Under the pieces are notes generated by a model. The model had not been told where the DNA came from, ran no database searches, and was given only the letters and a program-made list of their open reading frames with translations. Positions 1 through 13,689 of a stretch of DNA of 64,000 nucleotides are shown in pieces. Source of the DNA: Camelus dromedarius. Lineage: Eukaryota. The stretch is taken from assembly GCF_036321535.1 (NCBI RefSeq), contig NC_087437.1, forward strand, positions 122,018,001-122,082,000, written 5' to 3'. Each line of letters opens with the position of its first letter. Positions within the stretch are counted from its first letter, which is position 1. The position numbers were made by a program, and so were the translations under genes.

Positions 1-2451
1 CTGTCTTCACCTTTGCTTTGTGTGGAAGAAGGGGAAAACCATTTCAACCTCCAGGTGCCTGTTTGCGTGAATGGCAGTGACAGGTCATTCGACGTCCTCT
101 CTGGGTCAGGACAGGAGCCGGATGGAATGGCTCCTTCCACACGGCTGGCACGTCCCAGGCTGCGGTCAAGGGCGAGGCCAGTTATGTAAAGCAGGGCTGC
201 CTGCCCGGGATTCTCCGGGGCCGTGTGGAGGACAGGCCCCCACTCCCCTGGGCCAGCTGCAGCGCTCCAAAGGCAGGAGCCCAGCGGCCCCTCACTAGGC
301 CCCCTGCCTGCCCCCAGCCGCCCAGCCCTCTGCCCAGCCACATCTGCAGGTGCCTGTGTGCTCCAAGGTCCAAGCATCTGGCCTCGTGTCAGGCGCAGGA
401 CACGGCTGCAGAGGTCGGGGTGGCATCCAGAGAGACAAAAGACCCACCGCCATCCTCTCAGCTGACCAACTGTTCCCATGAGGACAGAGCTGCTGAGCCC
501 CAGCGCTGGCCAGCGCCCCATGCCAGGAGGGGTGGTGCTCACGGCCGTGGGTCCCTGTGCCCTGCACCCTAAATAGCGGGCAGTCATGTTTCCTTCTGCC
601 ATGGCCTTGTCCCTCCCGCTCAGCAGCTTTCTGCTGTGTGTTGGCTTGTCAGCCTGGCACCCCGGGTCCCCTCGACCTCCAGCCACCCCTCCTTTATGCC
701 CCCAGGCCCCCGGCTCCTTCTCTGCCCATGACTCTGTTCCTTCGAGCCCCTCTGCTCACTCTTCCTTCCTCGTCACGTCTTCAAGGTCAGCCCCCACCCT
801 GCTCTCAGCTCCCCTCACCAGACCCAAGGCCAGGGCCCAGTTCTCCCCAGCGCCCTCGGTGGCCAAGAGCCGGGCCCTAGGTGGCCACTGCTTTAAGACT
901 GTGAATGCGCCGGGAGTGACGGTGCTTCCCTCTCTGCCCGGGAAAGAGCTGCCGCGAGCACTGGCTGGGCTGGCAGCGCAGGGCGCACGGCGGGGCTGTT
1001 AGCATCCTCCTCCCTGCTGGGCTCCTGACACTAGCGTCCCCAGGACTTGGCGCTCGGGTAGCACAGGGGCTGCTTTGTCACCACAGGCCAGGGCTTCAGG
1101 CATGCGTGTCCCTTGACCCAGAGTGATATCCACAAAGAACAGTCCAAGGCAGTAAGACAGGGACAGAAAGAGGTCCTCCCAGAGATTATCGGCGAAGGCT
1201 TGTTTGACGCAACCGTTCAGAACCCGGGGCTCAGTGATTGCAGCCAGCTGTGTTCTCATGCCTGAAAATGCATAGAATTACACGCATAGCATTTTATGCG
1301 TAGAATAGATTACATGGGGGATTTGATCACTACCGTGTAGACTTAATATAATGATGTAGAAAAATACTTCACGTACAGTGTCAAGTGAGAAAAACAGGAC
1401 AAATGTGGGTGGCTTGGTCCTATTTCTGTTAAAAAATACAATGACACGCGCCTACGGAAAAGGAGTGTGAACCGGTCGCCCTCAGAACACGCCGCTGCGA
1501 CTGCTGGTCTTTCTGGGAGGCGATGTTACAGGGTTTGCACACGTGTGTTTCCCCTTTTCCTGAAACAAGCCATCAGGCTGTCGTGGGCAGTGGACCTGCG
1601 GCCTCCCCCTCCTCCAGGCACCTGTGTCGGCATCAGAAAGGGCCGTGCGCTCTGGCCCTCCCAGCGGGCGCCGACGCCATCCTGCCCGGCGCGTGCTCGA
1701 CCCCCTGCCAGCGAGCCTGCTCGGCACCCGAGTGCCGCCACTGCCTGCTAGGTGCTCTTCCCCCTTTGCCTGCACCTGATCTCGTGTGAGGTGGCGAGGG
1801 AGGGGGCGATGCCTGGGCAAAGGGTGGCCTTCTAGTGCTCGGCGGCAGGTGCCCGTTCTGAGGGGGCAGCTGCGTTCCCCACGTCCCCTCGCAGGCCCGG
1901 GGGCCCGTCCGTCTCTCTGCCCAGACCAGCGCCCGCCGCCAGGCTTGCTCTCGGCGTGCACGCACACGGCAGTGCCCAGCTGGTGCGCACTGGCTCTCAG
2001 GCTGTGCCTGCACACTCTCGGCCACAACCAGGAGAAAGCGGGGAAAGGACAGCTTGCACTGGGTGCCCTTTCGGGCGCCTCGTCCTGGTGAGGACTAGCT
2101 CCGGGCACCCGTCTGCGGGCAGACGGCAGGCTGCGGCCGCGGCCACTCGGGTCTGCAGAGCTGCGGTTCCACTAACGGCCCTGAGGTGCGGCCCCCCTTT
2201 TCCCAGGGCTTAGCTGCTGCGGCCGATGTCCCGCAGGCACGCCGATCTGTGCGGTGGCCCCTGTTGGGGGAAGGAGTCATTGAATTGACAGCATCCGCCA
2301 GGCGCACCCCTCCAATGGAACGAGGGGAGCTGGGCGAAAAGTAGGTCACATGTGCCTGGTCCCATGTCACGAGGTTTCCAACCTGAGGCCAATAGGATCT
2401 GCAGCCTCCTTTGGTTTAGAACAAAACCCCACTCTAATTTTTCTCCTTTAG

Positions 2452-2546
2452 CACTTTCCTCTCCTCTAAACGGGGAGGGTGACCATCTGTCTGAGAGCCA
2501 CGTCCCTCCGGCCCTGCCCGACCTCGCGGAGTGGCTTTGTTCTGAG
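2452..2546 (+). other. Candidate upstream PCBP3 exon (95 nt)
   Basis: Branch-point-like ctctaat, pyrimidine tract ttttctcctttag, donor GAG|gtaagg; no stop in the phase 1 to 0 frame. Confidence 0.5.
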
Positions 2547-5500
2547 GTAAGGGGCTGCTGCGGCCCGGTGAGGCTGCACGGCCAGGAGAGGGGCTGAGGC
2601 CACGCGGAGCCCGACGCGTCCAGGGCTGCCCGAGCTGTCGGGGGGCGTGTGGGAGGACCCGCTGCAGCCCTGCCCTGCGCCGGCCAGAGTGGGGCCGTGG
2701 GAGCCTTGCCAAGCGTTCCAGACGTTTGCGTGATGCTGTTCGCATCAGGTCCTCAGTTCTGACAACATGGCTGCTTTGTGAGGAGAAGGTTGACTATTGC
2801 TAACGTGGTCATGTTAAAGAGGTGTTGTGCAGAAAAGGGACGTGTGATCTTCAGGTGCCAGTAGCCAGTGCTCCTCGGTAGGGGTGGGAGCAGGATTCTG
2901 GCTCTCGGAGATGCTGGTTGTCCCCGGGGCTGGGGCCCGCGCCCTCCGTGGACCAGCGCCTGTGTCTGAGCATGCGACCTTGGACACGAGAGGTGAGCCG
3001 TTGGCTTCCACCTGCTGAAAGCACCAAGCACCGTGAGGTCCACGCACGGGCGTCGGGTTGGTGTGTGTGTGTCGTGAGTGCGCGGGGACTGTGTGCTTTT
3101 GGAGCTGGATGCTTGGATTGAGAAATAACATAGTTCTGTCGTCTCTGGGAAGAGGAACGTGGCTCCTCCGTGACGAGGCAGATGTGGGGTGTACAGTTCT
3201 GTAAAAGTGTTTGTAAAACTGGCGTGTGCTTTGTGGCTTGCAGACAACAGAATCTCGTTTTCTTACCTGTCCTGTAAGTGAATCGGGGTACTCCATTAGT
3301 CCAGGATTTCTGATGGACGCATTTTACAGGTGACGAGTAGAACAGAAGGTGTTTGCAGTGTCTGTGTTGTGGGCTGGCCGCTGGTGCCGTCTTTAGACGA
3401 ATTACTTGCTCTTGGATTTTCTGGGAAAAAGTGTTTCCAGAAGTAGTTTGCTAGAAACCAAAGTCCTGTTTGGTTTGGGTATGCTCTACTGGAGAAAACG
3501 GCTTGCCTTTCAGAAACAAAATATTTAAAGTTTGTGTCCTAACTGGCTTTCCAGGAAACGCGGGTCCACGGGCAAGTCCACAGACACGATCATGGGCACG
3601 TTAGATTATGAACTACTCCACATTTGAGGTGTGAAGAATAGGAGTTGCACCCTTGCTAACAAGATAAGATTTTTCTCTCCTTGAAAGGAAGCCCTTACAG
3701 GAGCAGAGGCGCGTCGGGTGGCGCCCAGCCCTCCAGCTGCAGCCTCGGAGGGGGTCTCATGAGCTGCCTCTCAGGGGCTCTCGCCCGCTTTGCCGTCCTG
3801 AAGAGGGAGGTTTTTCTACTGTTTCATTGAGATAGGGCAGGACATTTCAATATTTTTTGTACTTCTGGTCCTAAATGCTTCCTTTTGGCCTGGGGCGCGT
3901 GCCCAGGACGTCAGTGCAGTTTTCAGCCCGTCTCCTCCCCGTCCCTCCTGACGTGCGTCCCCTCGGCGGGGGCGATCAGCCTCCGTCCGCGTGTGGTCGC
4001 AAGTTCACGCGTGCTCGTGTTCATGACACTGTAACCCGCACCCCTCGCTGGCCCTGGGGCGTGAGGACTGGCAGTACAACCTGCGGCTGGCCAGTGGTAG
4101 GGGCGTTTACTTTCCCTTATTTATCAGCGGAATGGGAGGTCGTTTTTCCAGAAATAGCAGTCTCAGAAGAAGCAGCTCTCGCTCAGAAGAATGCCCCTCG
4201 CGAGCTCCTGACGTGGGCCTGGCCGTCCCTGAAGACACTCGACACTTTCCTCCTGCCTCACTGAGGGGGCTGCAGGGGCCGCGGGAGGGGCCGGGCCTGG
4301 CTGGCTCCTGCGCGCCCCGGCCGCCACCTGCAGCGCTCGGCTTGGGTGGCGCTCTCTGGCCCTGCAGAAGGAGGCAGAAACCCGCCTGCCAAGAAGCGCC
4401 TGTCGCAGGGCGCGACAGCCTCGGGAAGATTTTGGGTCCCCAGCACCCGCTGCTGAAGAGCTGTCTTCATCCTGGCCAAGGAGGGGGCTTCAGCAGTTGG
4501 GCACAAGGACCAGCGCCAGTGCTGTGACCCGGAGCCCCAGGCCTTCTCAGCCGAGCTGGTGCACAAGGGAGGGCAGCCCCGCAGGGAGGGCAGCGGTTTC
4601 CGTCTTTGAGTGTCGGCTGCGCTGTGTGCGTGAACAGTGCCAGCCGTGGCTCTCCGAGGGGGTCCTGGACCGCCGCCCCCGAGAACTCTCTGGAGAGGCA
4701 CATTCTCCTCTACTTCCCCTCGCCGAACTCCGGGCTGGGGCTCGTTCCGTGATCCCCGAGACCTTCGGGGTGGCACTGGTGTCTGTATGAGTGCGAGAGC
4801 CACGGGCACCGCACACAGGCGTGCGGGGCCGAGTTGGGATAAGAGGGTCCCAGCCGGCACCTGTGCCTCAGGTCAGATGTGAAGCTGGACCATGGGAGCC
4901 TCGTGGTGTGTTTCAAGTTTGACACACGTGTGACCCGGGCACCTCAGCGTCTCTTTTGAGTTGGCCACAGGCTGCTCCGTCAGTGCCCTTTCTGCCTGGA
5001 GACCCCACTGCTAATGGCATTGCTGACAGCGCCCAGTGCCCCACTGCCAGCCCAGCGCCCCACAGAAGCCCGAAGGGAAGGGGCTGGAGGAGGGGCGGGG
5101 AGAGGGGCCGGGAAGGGTGGCCCCGGGCCTTCTGCCGGGCGGTCGGGGCAGGAGGACAGGATGCCGGGGACGCAGGGCACTGTCGTGTCCAGGCAACTCG
5201 GGACAGCCGGGAGCAGATGCGGAGCCCAGAGAGACAGAGGCCCTTCTCCTGAGGAGGGTCTCACTCCTGAGCGTGCGGCCCCCACACTGAGGTGCTGGGG
5301 GCGGGGGGAGGGGTGCATCATTAAAAACAATCCAGAAGAAGGCAGGAAAGGAGAGGAAGGGCAGCCTGTCTCAGAACCCACTGCTGGGCGAGCCGCAGAG
5401 CCTCAGCAACCAACGTGGAGGAGACACGTCTTGGGGGGGGTTCTGTTTTGTTCACTTTAATAAATGCGGTGTTTGAATCAGTGGGAGCAGAGGGACTATT

Positions 5501-8500
5501 TAACAAATGGTGTTGGGTCCATCGGGTATTTATTTTAAAAAGCCGGACACCAAACACAGATGTCCCCGAGACCAGGTAACGAGCTGAAAGGTTCATGGAA
5601 GACGGACGGTCTTTTCCGGGCCCGGCCCTCAGCAGGCACACGTCCCGCAGGCGCAGACGGAGTCACACGCCTGAGCGCGGCCGGGCACCTGGGGTTGCGG
5701 CAGCAGCAGCAGCAGCTGGGCAACAGCCCGCGGCCAGCCACGCCGGGACCAGGACGGACAGGCGGCCACAGTAAGCGGGCAGCGCTGGGGGAGCAGGACA
5801 GCGCGGAGTCGTGCCTGAGGGAGGAGCCGGGCGCGCTGCAGGCCTGAGGGCGGCGGGCCGGGGAGGACAGCCCCCCAGGGCCACGTCCCCATGGGGCTGA
5901 ACACGGTCCTCACCCCGAACTGGGCCGATGCCCAGTGACAGAAGGGTCAGCCTCGTGTGACTGTGTTCACGGGTGGAGCCCCATCAACACAGGGAGGGCA
6001 GACATGGAGCTCAGGCGACCTCAGGGTCGGCACTGGGGAGGGGGGATGCCTCCCCCAAAGTGCGTGTTGGGCACAGGAGGGCCGCGTGCTGGTCTGGCCG
6101 GGCTCAGCCCCGACGCGGGTTGTCCCTCGTGAGTGGCGGCCACACCCCTGGCAGCTGTGATTTAAGATGTGCCTGCTTCACAGCCTCCCCCTCCGCACCA
6201 TGAAGTCCAGTCGAGAACACGTGCTGTCGCATTGATGCAAAACCAAAGGTCCTGGGTGTCCGTCTACAGATGCTCACCAGGCCCAGCGATGGCGACCCTC
6301 CCGGGGGCTGGGGGTGGGGTTCAGGGCTGCACTGAGGCAGGCTCCTCAGGGCCCCTGGGGTCCGGTGTCCCAGCTGCGCGGGTCGCCCCCCCAACTTGCC
6401 CCTCAGCAGGGGCCACTCTGCCACCCTCTGTTTTCCCCTTTTATTCTGTTTTTTTAGGTTTTTAAAAGGATTCCGCTGTTATTACAAACAAATCTTTTAA
6501 AAGTCACTTGTCTGGGTGACCAAGAAACGTGTTTCTTCGACTTTCTGAGGTTTAAATTAAATTGCCCCAGAGCCTGCAGTGGGGGCACGAGGGTGCCTGG
6601 ACAGCTGGTGTCAGCTGGTGACACCTGGGCTCCAGAGCGCCTGTCCTCCTGCCCGCCTGAACCCTGGCTGTGTGCACAGCGCCTGCCAGCCGACCGCCTG
6701 GCACAGAGGCTTGCCCACGCCCCCACCCCGTCCCCTGCCCCTGCGCAGCCCCCGCCCCGGCCGGGTGCTGAGGAAACCGGGAGACCCCACCGCAGTTTCT
6801 GGTCCTGCCGCCACACGTCCTCGTCTCGTGGAGCCCTGTGACCGCTTCTTCCCCGAAGAACGCGGCAGGACCAGGTTGGGAAACTAGGCCCCACTCGGTT
6901 GTTCTGCCAGGTTACCTGCGTGCGTTGTGCCCAGACAGATCTGCCATTGTGCGTCTGGGGATGTGGGGACCCAAGCCCGCGTGCCCTCCCCGGCCAGTGC
7001 CCCCCCACCCCCGGGCACACGCTCAGGGGAATACACCCAGGCTTCTAGGGAGGGACTCCCACTGGCTGTGCACGCTTGCGGGATTAACGGGTGGTGGAGG
7101 ATCGAAGCTGGGGGATTAGATCCTGGGAGCATCTGCTGGGGGCGGGGGCCTCGCAGGGGCGATTCTGCCCGTGGTGCTGCTTCTGTCTGGAGGCCTGGGG
7201 AACCTGTGTCCCTTCAGGACAGAGAAGCCGCCATCTGGATAAGAGGACCCCATTGCCCTCACCTGGGGCACCCTCACCTGGGCATCCCTGTGAAGACACC
7301 ACCTGGGAGGGGGCCCGGCTCCTGGGAGGGCCGCTTCCTCGTGTTTCTGGGCCTTCTCTCCCCAGGCCTCCTGCCTCCTGCCGTCAGCGTCCCTCCAGGA
7401 CGCAGATTCCCCTGTCAGCGGGGCCTGAGGCCGCCCTCCACCAGCTCTGCTCCCGCCCCCCCGGGACTCCCCCTGCCTGCCCTCCAGGTAGCACTGCAGA
7501 AGGAGTGGGGGCCGCCCCGAGCAGGGTCGTAGGGGTGGGGGGAGGCCTCCTCGAATAAGCTCGTGGGAGGCGGGATTCCCAGGACGGGCCCCCCCCCCCA
7601 AAGCCCTGGTCCAGAGAGGAAGGGCGGCTCTGGAGCACTTCTCTGGGGGCTTTTTCCGGGTGATCCTGGACGGACTCAGCCACACCTCCTGCCCAGGGCG
7701 CAAGCCTGCACCCAGGGCCGCCCCCCCAGCAGGCGCAGGAGCGGGGGCTGAGGTCTCTTTCCGGGCCCCACGTTAATAAGGGAAGGAGTGTGCTCCTGCC
7801 TGTGACGGGCGCCCTGAGGGAGCAGAGGCAGCCCCCACCTGCCTTTTCCTTCCTGAGCGCTGCGTTTTAGTTCTCCTCAGAAGTGTCTTGTGTCGTGGTT
7901 ATCTAAAATCATTCTCTGATTCCCATTTTTCTTGGTATAAATTACCATCTATGTCCCTTTGTTATAAAAAGCTGGAACCCCCTAGTACAAAATGGTCCCC
8001 AAGGCATGGGCTTAAAACCAGTGCTTCGCTTTCTGGGGTCACTGACCTTGACCTTACTTGAGGTGTTTTGTCTGCCCACTTTGACCAGGGACGGCCGCAC
8101 AGGTGTGAGCAGTGCCTCCCAGCACCTGCAGCGTGAAGGTCCTCGGGCTGAGCCCCGTTCCCCACGTCCCTGCTGTGAGGTCGCAGCCCCCTGCCCCGCG
8201 CCCCACCTGTGACGTGGGGTGGGGCCTCCGCGGGGCTGTGGGGAGGACTGTGCCTGTCACACAGAACACATCGTATTGTTACTTTTTGTGTGATAATTGG
8301 GTTTCTCCTTTCATTTGTTCATCGCGTGGACAGAGTTCCCGGCATTAAATTACCCACCTGTTCCAGGGATGAACCTCGGTGAGGTGCTGTGCATTATTAG
8401 TCTTCCAACGTTGCTGATTCTGTCTGTTAGTATTTGATTCAGAACTTCTAGCTGATCGGAAGCTGGCAGCGCTGGCTCACAGCACGGGTGGCCAGCCTCA

Positions 8501-10714
8501 CGGGCGGGACCAGTTTCCCCAGGGAGGTGCGGGCCGCGTGCAGGAAGGTGGCTGTGCCTGCCTTGGGGGCTGGGGGCAGCTCCGCCTGGACCCCCTCCCC
8601 GGTACTGCACACCTGGCTCATCGTGGTGTCCTGGGGGGCGCCCAGCACACACACGTGTAGTCGGTCAGGTCCCAGTGACAGACACATAGGCACCTTTGAG
8701 AGCAGATGGTGGGGTCGACTTTGTCCCTGCTGCCCCCTCCCCGCCAGCCTCCCTCAGGCTGCACTGGCCAGGTCGCATGGCATCAGAAAACTCTGTGTTC
8801 ATGGATGGGGGCCGGCAGAGGGCAGGTCCATCAGGCCCGAGGAGGATGGCTCTGTGTGTCCGCCCTTCTCTCCCACGTCTCCTGACCAGACTCGCCCACC
8901 CTCGTTCCTGTCGCCTCACATCCAGGCCCTTTTCCCGTTCACGTCTCCTTGACCCTGAGGCCGTAAGAATCTCTCTTTCACTTCTGAACTCTGGGCTCTC
9001 TGACCTTCCTGGAGCGCACGTCTTGGGGGTGAAGGAGGGGTTGAGTGTTGACTCGGCCTTTTGGACGGCCTGCAGCCCTATTTCTGCACCAGCTTGGGCG
9101 CTGGAGGGCGATGGCTGCTCCTCCGTCCTGTGCCCCCAGCGCAGGCACCTGGTAGGAACTGAGGTTAGATTGCATGTCCCTGCCATGCTTGGCCTCCCGC
9201 TGTGGCCGGAGGGTCTGGGGAAGATAAAGTGTGTGCAGATGCTGGAGCCAGAGACGTCGGGGCTCCATGACCGCTGGCCTCGGGAGCATCAAGTCCACTC
9301 CCAGGTCGCTCTGCGGGGGTGGGGGTCAGGCCCCAGGGAGTCCTGTCATCTCCGTAGCAGAGATGTTATTCATTCTGAAACAGGTGTTTGAAACGGTTGG
9401 AACTTTTGTAAGCCGCACTTGCTGGCGTAGGTGACACCCTAGCCCCTGGGCGCACTCCCAGATGTAGGACAGGACCCTCGCACCCCCGGGTGAAGCCCGC
9501 GCCTGCCAGAGAGAGAAGCCCCACGCTCTGCGCGCAGCCTGTGGGGCAGGGAGGGAGGTGAGCCAGCTGCCGGCTGCCCAGCCCAGGACTCTTGTCTGTC
9601 TGGACGCTTGTCCGTCTGGACACTTGAGTGACAAGCCCGCAGGCCTTGTGCGGTACTCACTGAAGTCAGCTTGTGTGAAGTCGGCCCTGCACGTCTTTCT
9701 AACATTCACCGTGACCAGCAAGAGCGTTTCCCTGCAGAAGCTCCTCTCCCTCCCCGGCCTCAAGGACACAAGCTGCATCTCTCTCTCCGGGAGCACAGGG
9801 GAGGGAGGCGCTCCCTGGGCCTCTGCTGTCCTGACTCCTGCAGCTGCCGGGGCACCGAGCTGTTAAACAGGATAAATCAAGTGCGTGCGCGTCCCCCGAG
9901 GTCCCTTCCCCGTCCTCTGCCTGGCACAGCTGAGGCCCTGGGTGCGCCCGGGACACAGCACAGCCAGCGGGCCACTGCGGAGCTGCTTGCTGCAGCCTCA
10001 CGTGGCCTCGGATGGCGGTTGCCGGCAGGACTTCAGCCCCCGTCTCTGGGCGAGAGAGGTCGTGTTGGAGAGAGCAGGCCGGCGCATCCGAGGGAGGGGG
10101 TTGTGTGACAGCTCCACAGACAGCTGTAAAGGCGCTTTCACAGCACTGTGAAGTCCGCTTCCCCGCCCCCGCCCCCCCCCCCCCGAGAAATGCCTGCGCC
10201 CCGGACATTGCGCGCCGCGTTCACACACGGGCCTCTTCCCTTTGAGTCTGAGACAGACGCTCTCACTGGTTCACGTGTGACTGGCGTGAAGCAGAGTTTA
10301 GCCATCTGGCGGTCAGGAGCGTGGGCCCTGGAAGCAGCTCATTGCCCTTCAGCTTGGACCCCCCCCCCCCCCCGCGTTCGGGCAGCGGGGCCGGTGTCAG
10401 GGAGAGCCTGTGCGCCGTGCGCGCTGTTTGTCGCTGCAGCTGCTGTCATAGCTGCACATCTCACTGTGATGAAATTTATTTTACTACAATTCTTTTGATT
10501 TGAATATTCCTTTAAAAAATAATGATTGGGAAATCTGTTTTATCAGCATTTAACTAAGTACTGGTTAGAAATAAATTTTGCCCTTTTAATCAATATAAAA
10601 GAACAAATGAGGTTTTGGTCCTAAGTAAAGCAGGAAGCTTCGCCTACCAGCCAGCATCCTGGTTAATGGCGAAGGGCTGGTGCCCCCGCCCCCCCCCCCC
10701 CCCGTCGTCGACGA

Positions 10715-12610
10715 GATCCGCTCTCAGCACCCTTGCTGTGCAGAGGACACAGGTTATAGCCAGCCTAGCAAGTCGAGAAGAGAAGGCATGCAGATTGGAA
10801 AGCAAGAAAGAAACCTGTCCCTATTTGTAAGTGACACGTCTACGTCGCAAATCCCATTAGGGCTGCAAAGAAACCCTGGAACTAGTGGGCAGGTTTGTTG
10901 CTGAGAATGCAAGGTCTGCATACAAAAACCAGTGACCAGAATTCAAAACACGCCGTACACAGGAGCTCCAGAGCGGTATGTGCTCGCTGTGTCTAACTGA
11001 ATATGCACGCGATTTGTGTGCTGAAGTCTAGAGCGTGCCGATGAGAGAAAGCAAAGGCCCGAATCCGAGGCCTCTGCGTCTGCAGGGTGGGACCCCCACA
11101 CAACAGCGGGACCAGCGCTTCCCCAATGCAGGGTCCACGCGGGTCCTGTCCAGGCCCCAGCCGGCGTGCTCGTGGATGCAAACGATGGTTTTTCAATTTA
11201 CATGAGACCACAAAGGAGAGTTTTGAAAACAAATACAGTTGGAATAATTTTAAGTCACATAATGCTGCCGTGAAATGGACACTGTGGAATTGGCGGATAC
11301 ATGGGCACTTAATAAACCAAACAGGGTAGGGTCCAGACCACAGCCACACACGTGGGGACAGCTGATTTTTAACAAAGGTGACAGAACAGTTTAATACAGA
11401 AAGGGCAGTCTTTTCAAAACATGGTGTTGAATCGGTTGGGTAATGCACGAAACAAAACAACAAAACAAAACCACCTCGACTTAATCGTCTCACCTGAGCC
11501 ACGATCGACGCAAAACGGATCAGATACCTGAATGTAAAATCTGCGATGATGCCCTGCTTAGGAGAAAATACAGGAGAAAGAGGCCCATTCAGCAAAGAGG
11601 AAAAGTTTAAACCAAAGTCGTAAGAGATTAAACTGAGAGCTGGTGCTTCATCACAGTTAGCAGCATTGGCTTCATGAAAGGCTCTGTTAAGATGTGAAAA
11701 GAAACCCGAGCCTCGCACGCCCAGCAAAGGGCCATATCCACAGCGATCTCCACTGTGAGAAAACAAGACAGCCGCTTAGAATACGGGCAGAAGGGCTGAA
11801 CACCCTTCTCCGGACAGGACAGATGGGCGGGGGGCACGCACGCACCTAAACAGGCATTCAGCGTCGCTAGCTGTTGGGAGAAGGCAAATTCGGCCACCAG
11901 GAGACGTCACGGCCGCTTGCTGCAACGGCTGCAGCGGGGCGCTGGCCACCCCTGGGGATGGGAAACCGTGCCTCCGCTCTGGCCAGTGGTTTGCCAGTTT
12001 CTTATGAAATTAGACTTAGACTTAACGTGCGACAGTATCCACAGTCCTGGATGTGAGCCACAGAAAAATGCCAGTGTGCTCACACAGCACGCACACTCTG
12101 TTGTCGCCAGCTGCTTCATTTGTAATCCACCAAATCGGGAGTCACCCCGGCTGTCCTTCTCCGGGTAAGTGGGTACACAAACTGTGGGGCAGCCGCAGTG
12201 GGACGCTGCCGGGACAGAGACCAGCAGACTTCCACTCCGTGCAGCAACTTGGGTTCAAGATCACCAGAGCATGGTTGTGCTGAGCACGTTCGTTTGATTG
12301 GGTGTGTGTGACGTTCTGGAGCTGACAGAACTGTGGTGTGGACCAGGGTGGGTGAGGGAGAGTGACTGACTGCAGCGGGTGGCCCTCAGAGCTCGCCGCA
12401 GAGATCCTGCTCGTGTGGGTGGTTTGGGAGATCTGTACATGTGATCAGGTTTCGTGGACCTGTGCACCGAGAAAGGTGCCTGTGGATACGGCAGCCCTGG
12501 GTCGTGCTGCGCCGCAGACACACGACATGGAAGCCACGTGAAGGGCCACAGCAGCTGTGTTATCTTTGCAGCCGCTCATGGGTCTAAAATTATTTCAGAA
12601 TTGTGCACAC
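10715..12610 (+). mobile_element. Old L1 (L1M-type) remnant: RT region through 3' UTR
   Basis: Degenerate GIQIGKEE.KLSLFADD motif at about 10785-10840; ttttcaaaacatggtgttga, atacctgaatgtaaaa and other ORF2 3' hallmarks follow. Confidence 0.8.
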
Positions 12611-12629
12611 ATGTATAGTACACATACAC

Positions 12630-13640
12630 AGACGTTAGAGTTGACAGTTATTAAATCTGTAAAGATAAAAAGTAAATTGTGTAAACAGACCAATTAAAAG
12701 TAAGAGATGATCAGAATGAAAAAAAAAAGCCAGAGTTGTCTGTGTGCAGCCAGCAAGGCAGCGTGAAATGTAATACTCATGTCAGGTTAAAGGTTAAAGG
12801 ACAGAGAAGGACGTGTCACGTGAACACTGGTGGCCACATGAACACCAGATGAAGTAGACTTCAGGACGAGGACGAGGACCAGGGTGAGGAAGGACCTTGC
12901 GTGAACATGAAACCATCGTTCGCCAGGAAGACACGTCAGCCCCAGGTGTGCACACGTCGCATAGCAGAGCCTCACAACACTGGGAACAAAACCTGACGCT
13001 GGGGAGAGACGGACAAGTGCGTGACTGTGTGGAGGTCTCAGCTCCACCCGGTGCCCGAGGGGACGGGCCGTCGTCCGGGCTGAGACACCCGGACAAGCAC
13101 AGCCCACCAGCGGCTCTGACGGTCCTTGCAGACACCCAGCGCCCTGGGGACATGTTTGCGGGCACGCAGGGTGACCCCAGGTGGACCACATTCTGGGTGA
13201 GAAATAACACCCAATGAGTTTAACACAGTCGACGTCACAGAAAGTACATATTCTGACCAGCATGAAGTTAAACTAGAAGTTAGTAACCATAGGTAACAAA
13301 GGTTTCCAAATACTTGAAAGCTGAAACACAGACCTCTAAGTAATGTGCTGGTCAAAGAGGAGGCACCAAGGGAATTCAGGACATATTTTGGAATATTAGG
13401 AACTAAACACGTGATAAAAGCACATGGCTACGTGTGTCGGACACACGCAGGGCAGCACCTCCAGAGGAACCTCAGGCATGAGCTGCTGACGCGGGAAATC
13501 CCTCCAGTTACCGAAGCCCGAACCCAAAGAAACAGAAAGCAAAGGAGAAGGATGCTCTCGGCAACTGGCACGCCTCCAGGGAATCGGGCGAGGGAGAGAG
13601 GCCAGTCCCCAGGTTGCACACACCCTGCTGGACTCCACGT
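12630..13640 (+). mobile_element. L1 ORF2 endonuclease-region remnant
   Basis: Recognisable segments ccaattaaaag, ggttaaaggttaaagga, attctgaccagcatgaagttaaactagaa. Confidence 0.7.
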
Positions 13641-13689
13641 ACAGAGCGTTCTTGAAATGACAGGATTTACAGAAATGGGGCGCAGACCA

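Noticed and set aside
3244..3273. 30-nt micro-exon candidate (ttgcag|...CCT|gtaagt)
   Set aside because: The pyrimidine tract is poor and there is no independent support.
5701..5715. (CAG)5 tract
   Set aside because: Too short and outside any supported exon.
10788..10826. ATG...TTT|gtaagt candidate first coding exon MQIGKQERNLSLF, phase-compatible with exon 19728
   Set aside because: It is the decayed L1 RT motif IQIGKEE.KLSLF(ADD); the donor-like gtaagt most likely arose by mutation of the repeat.
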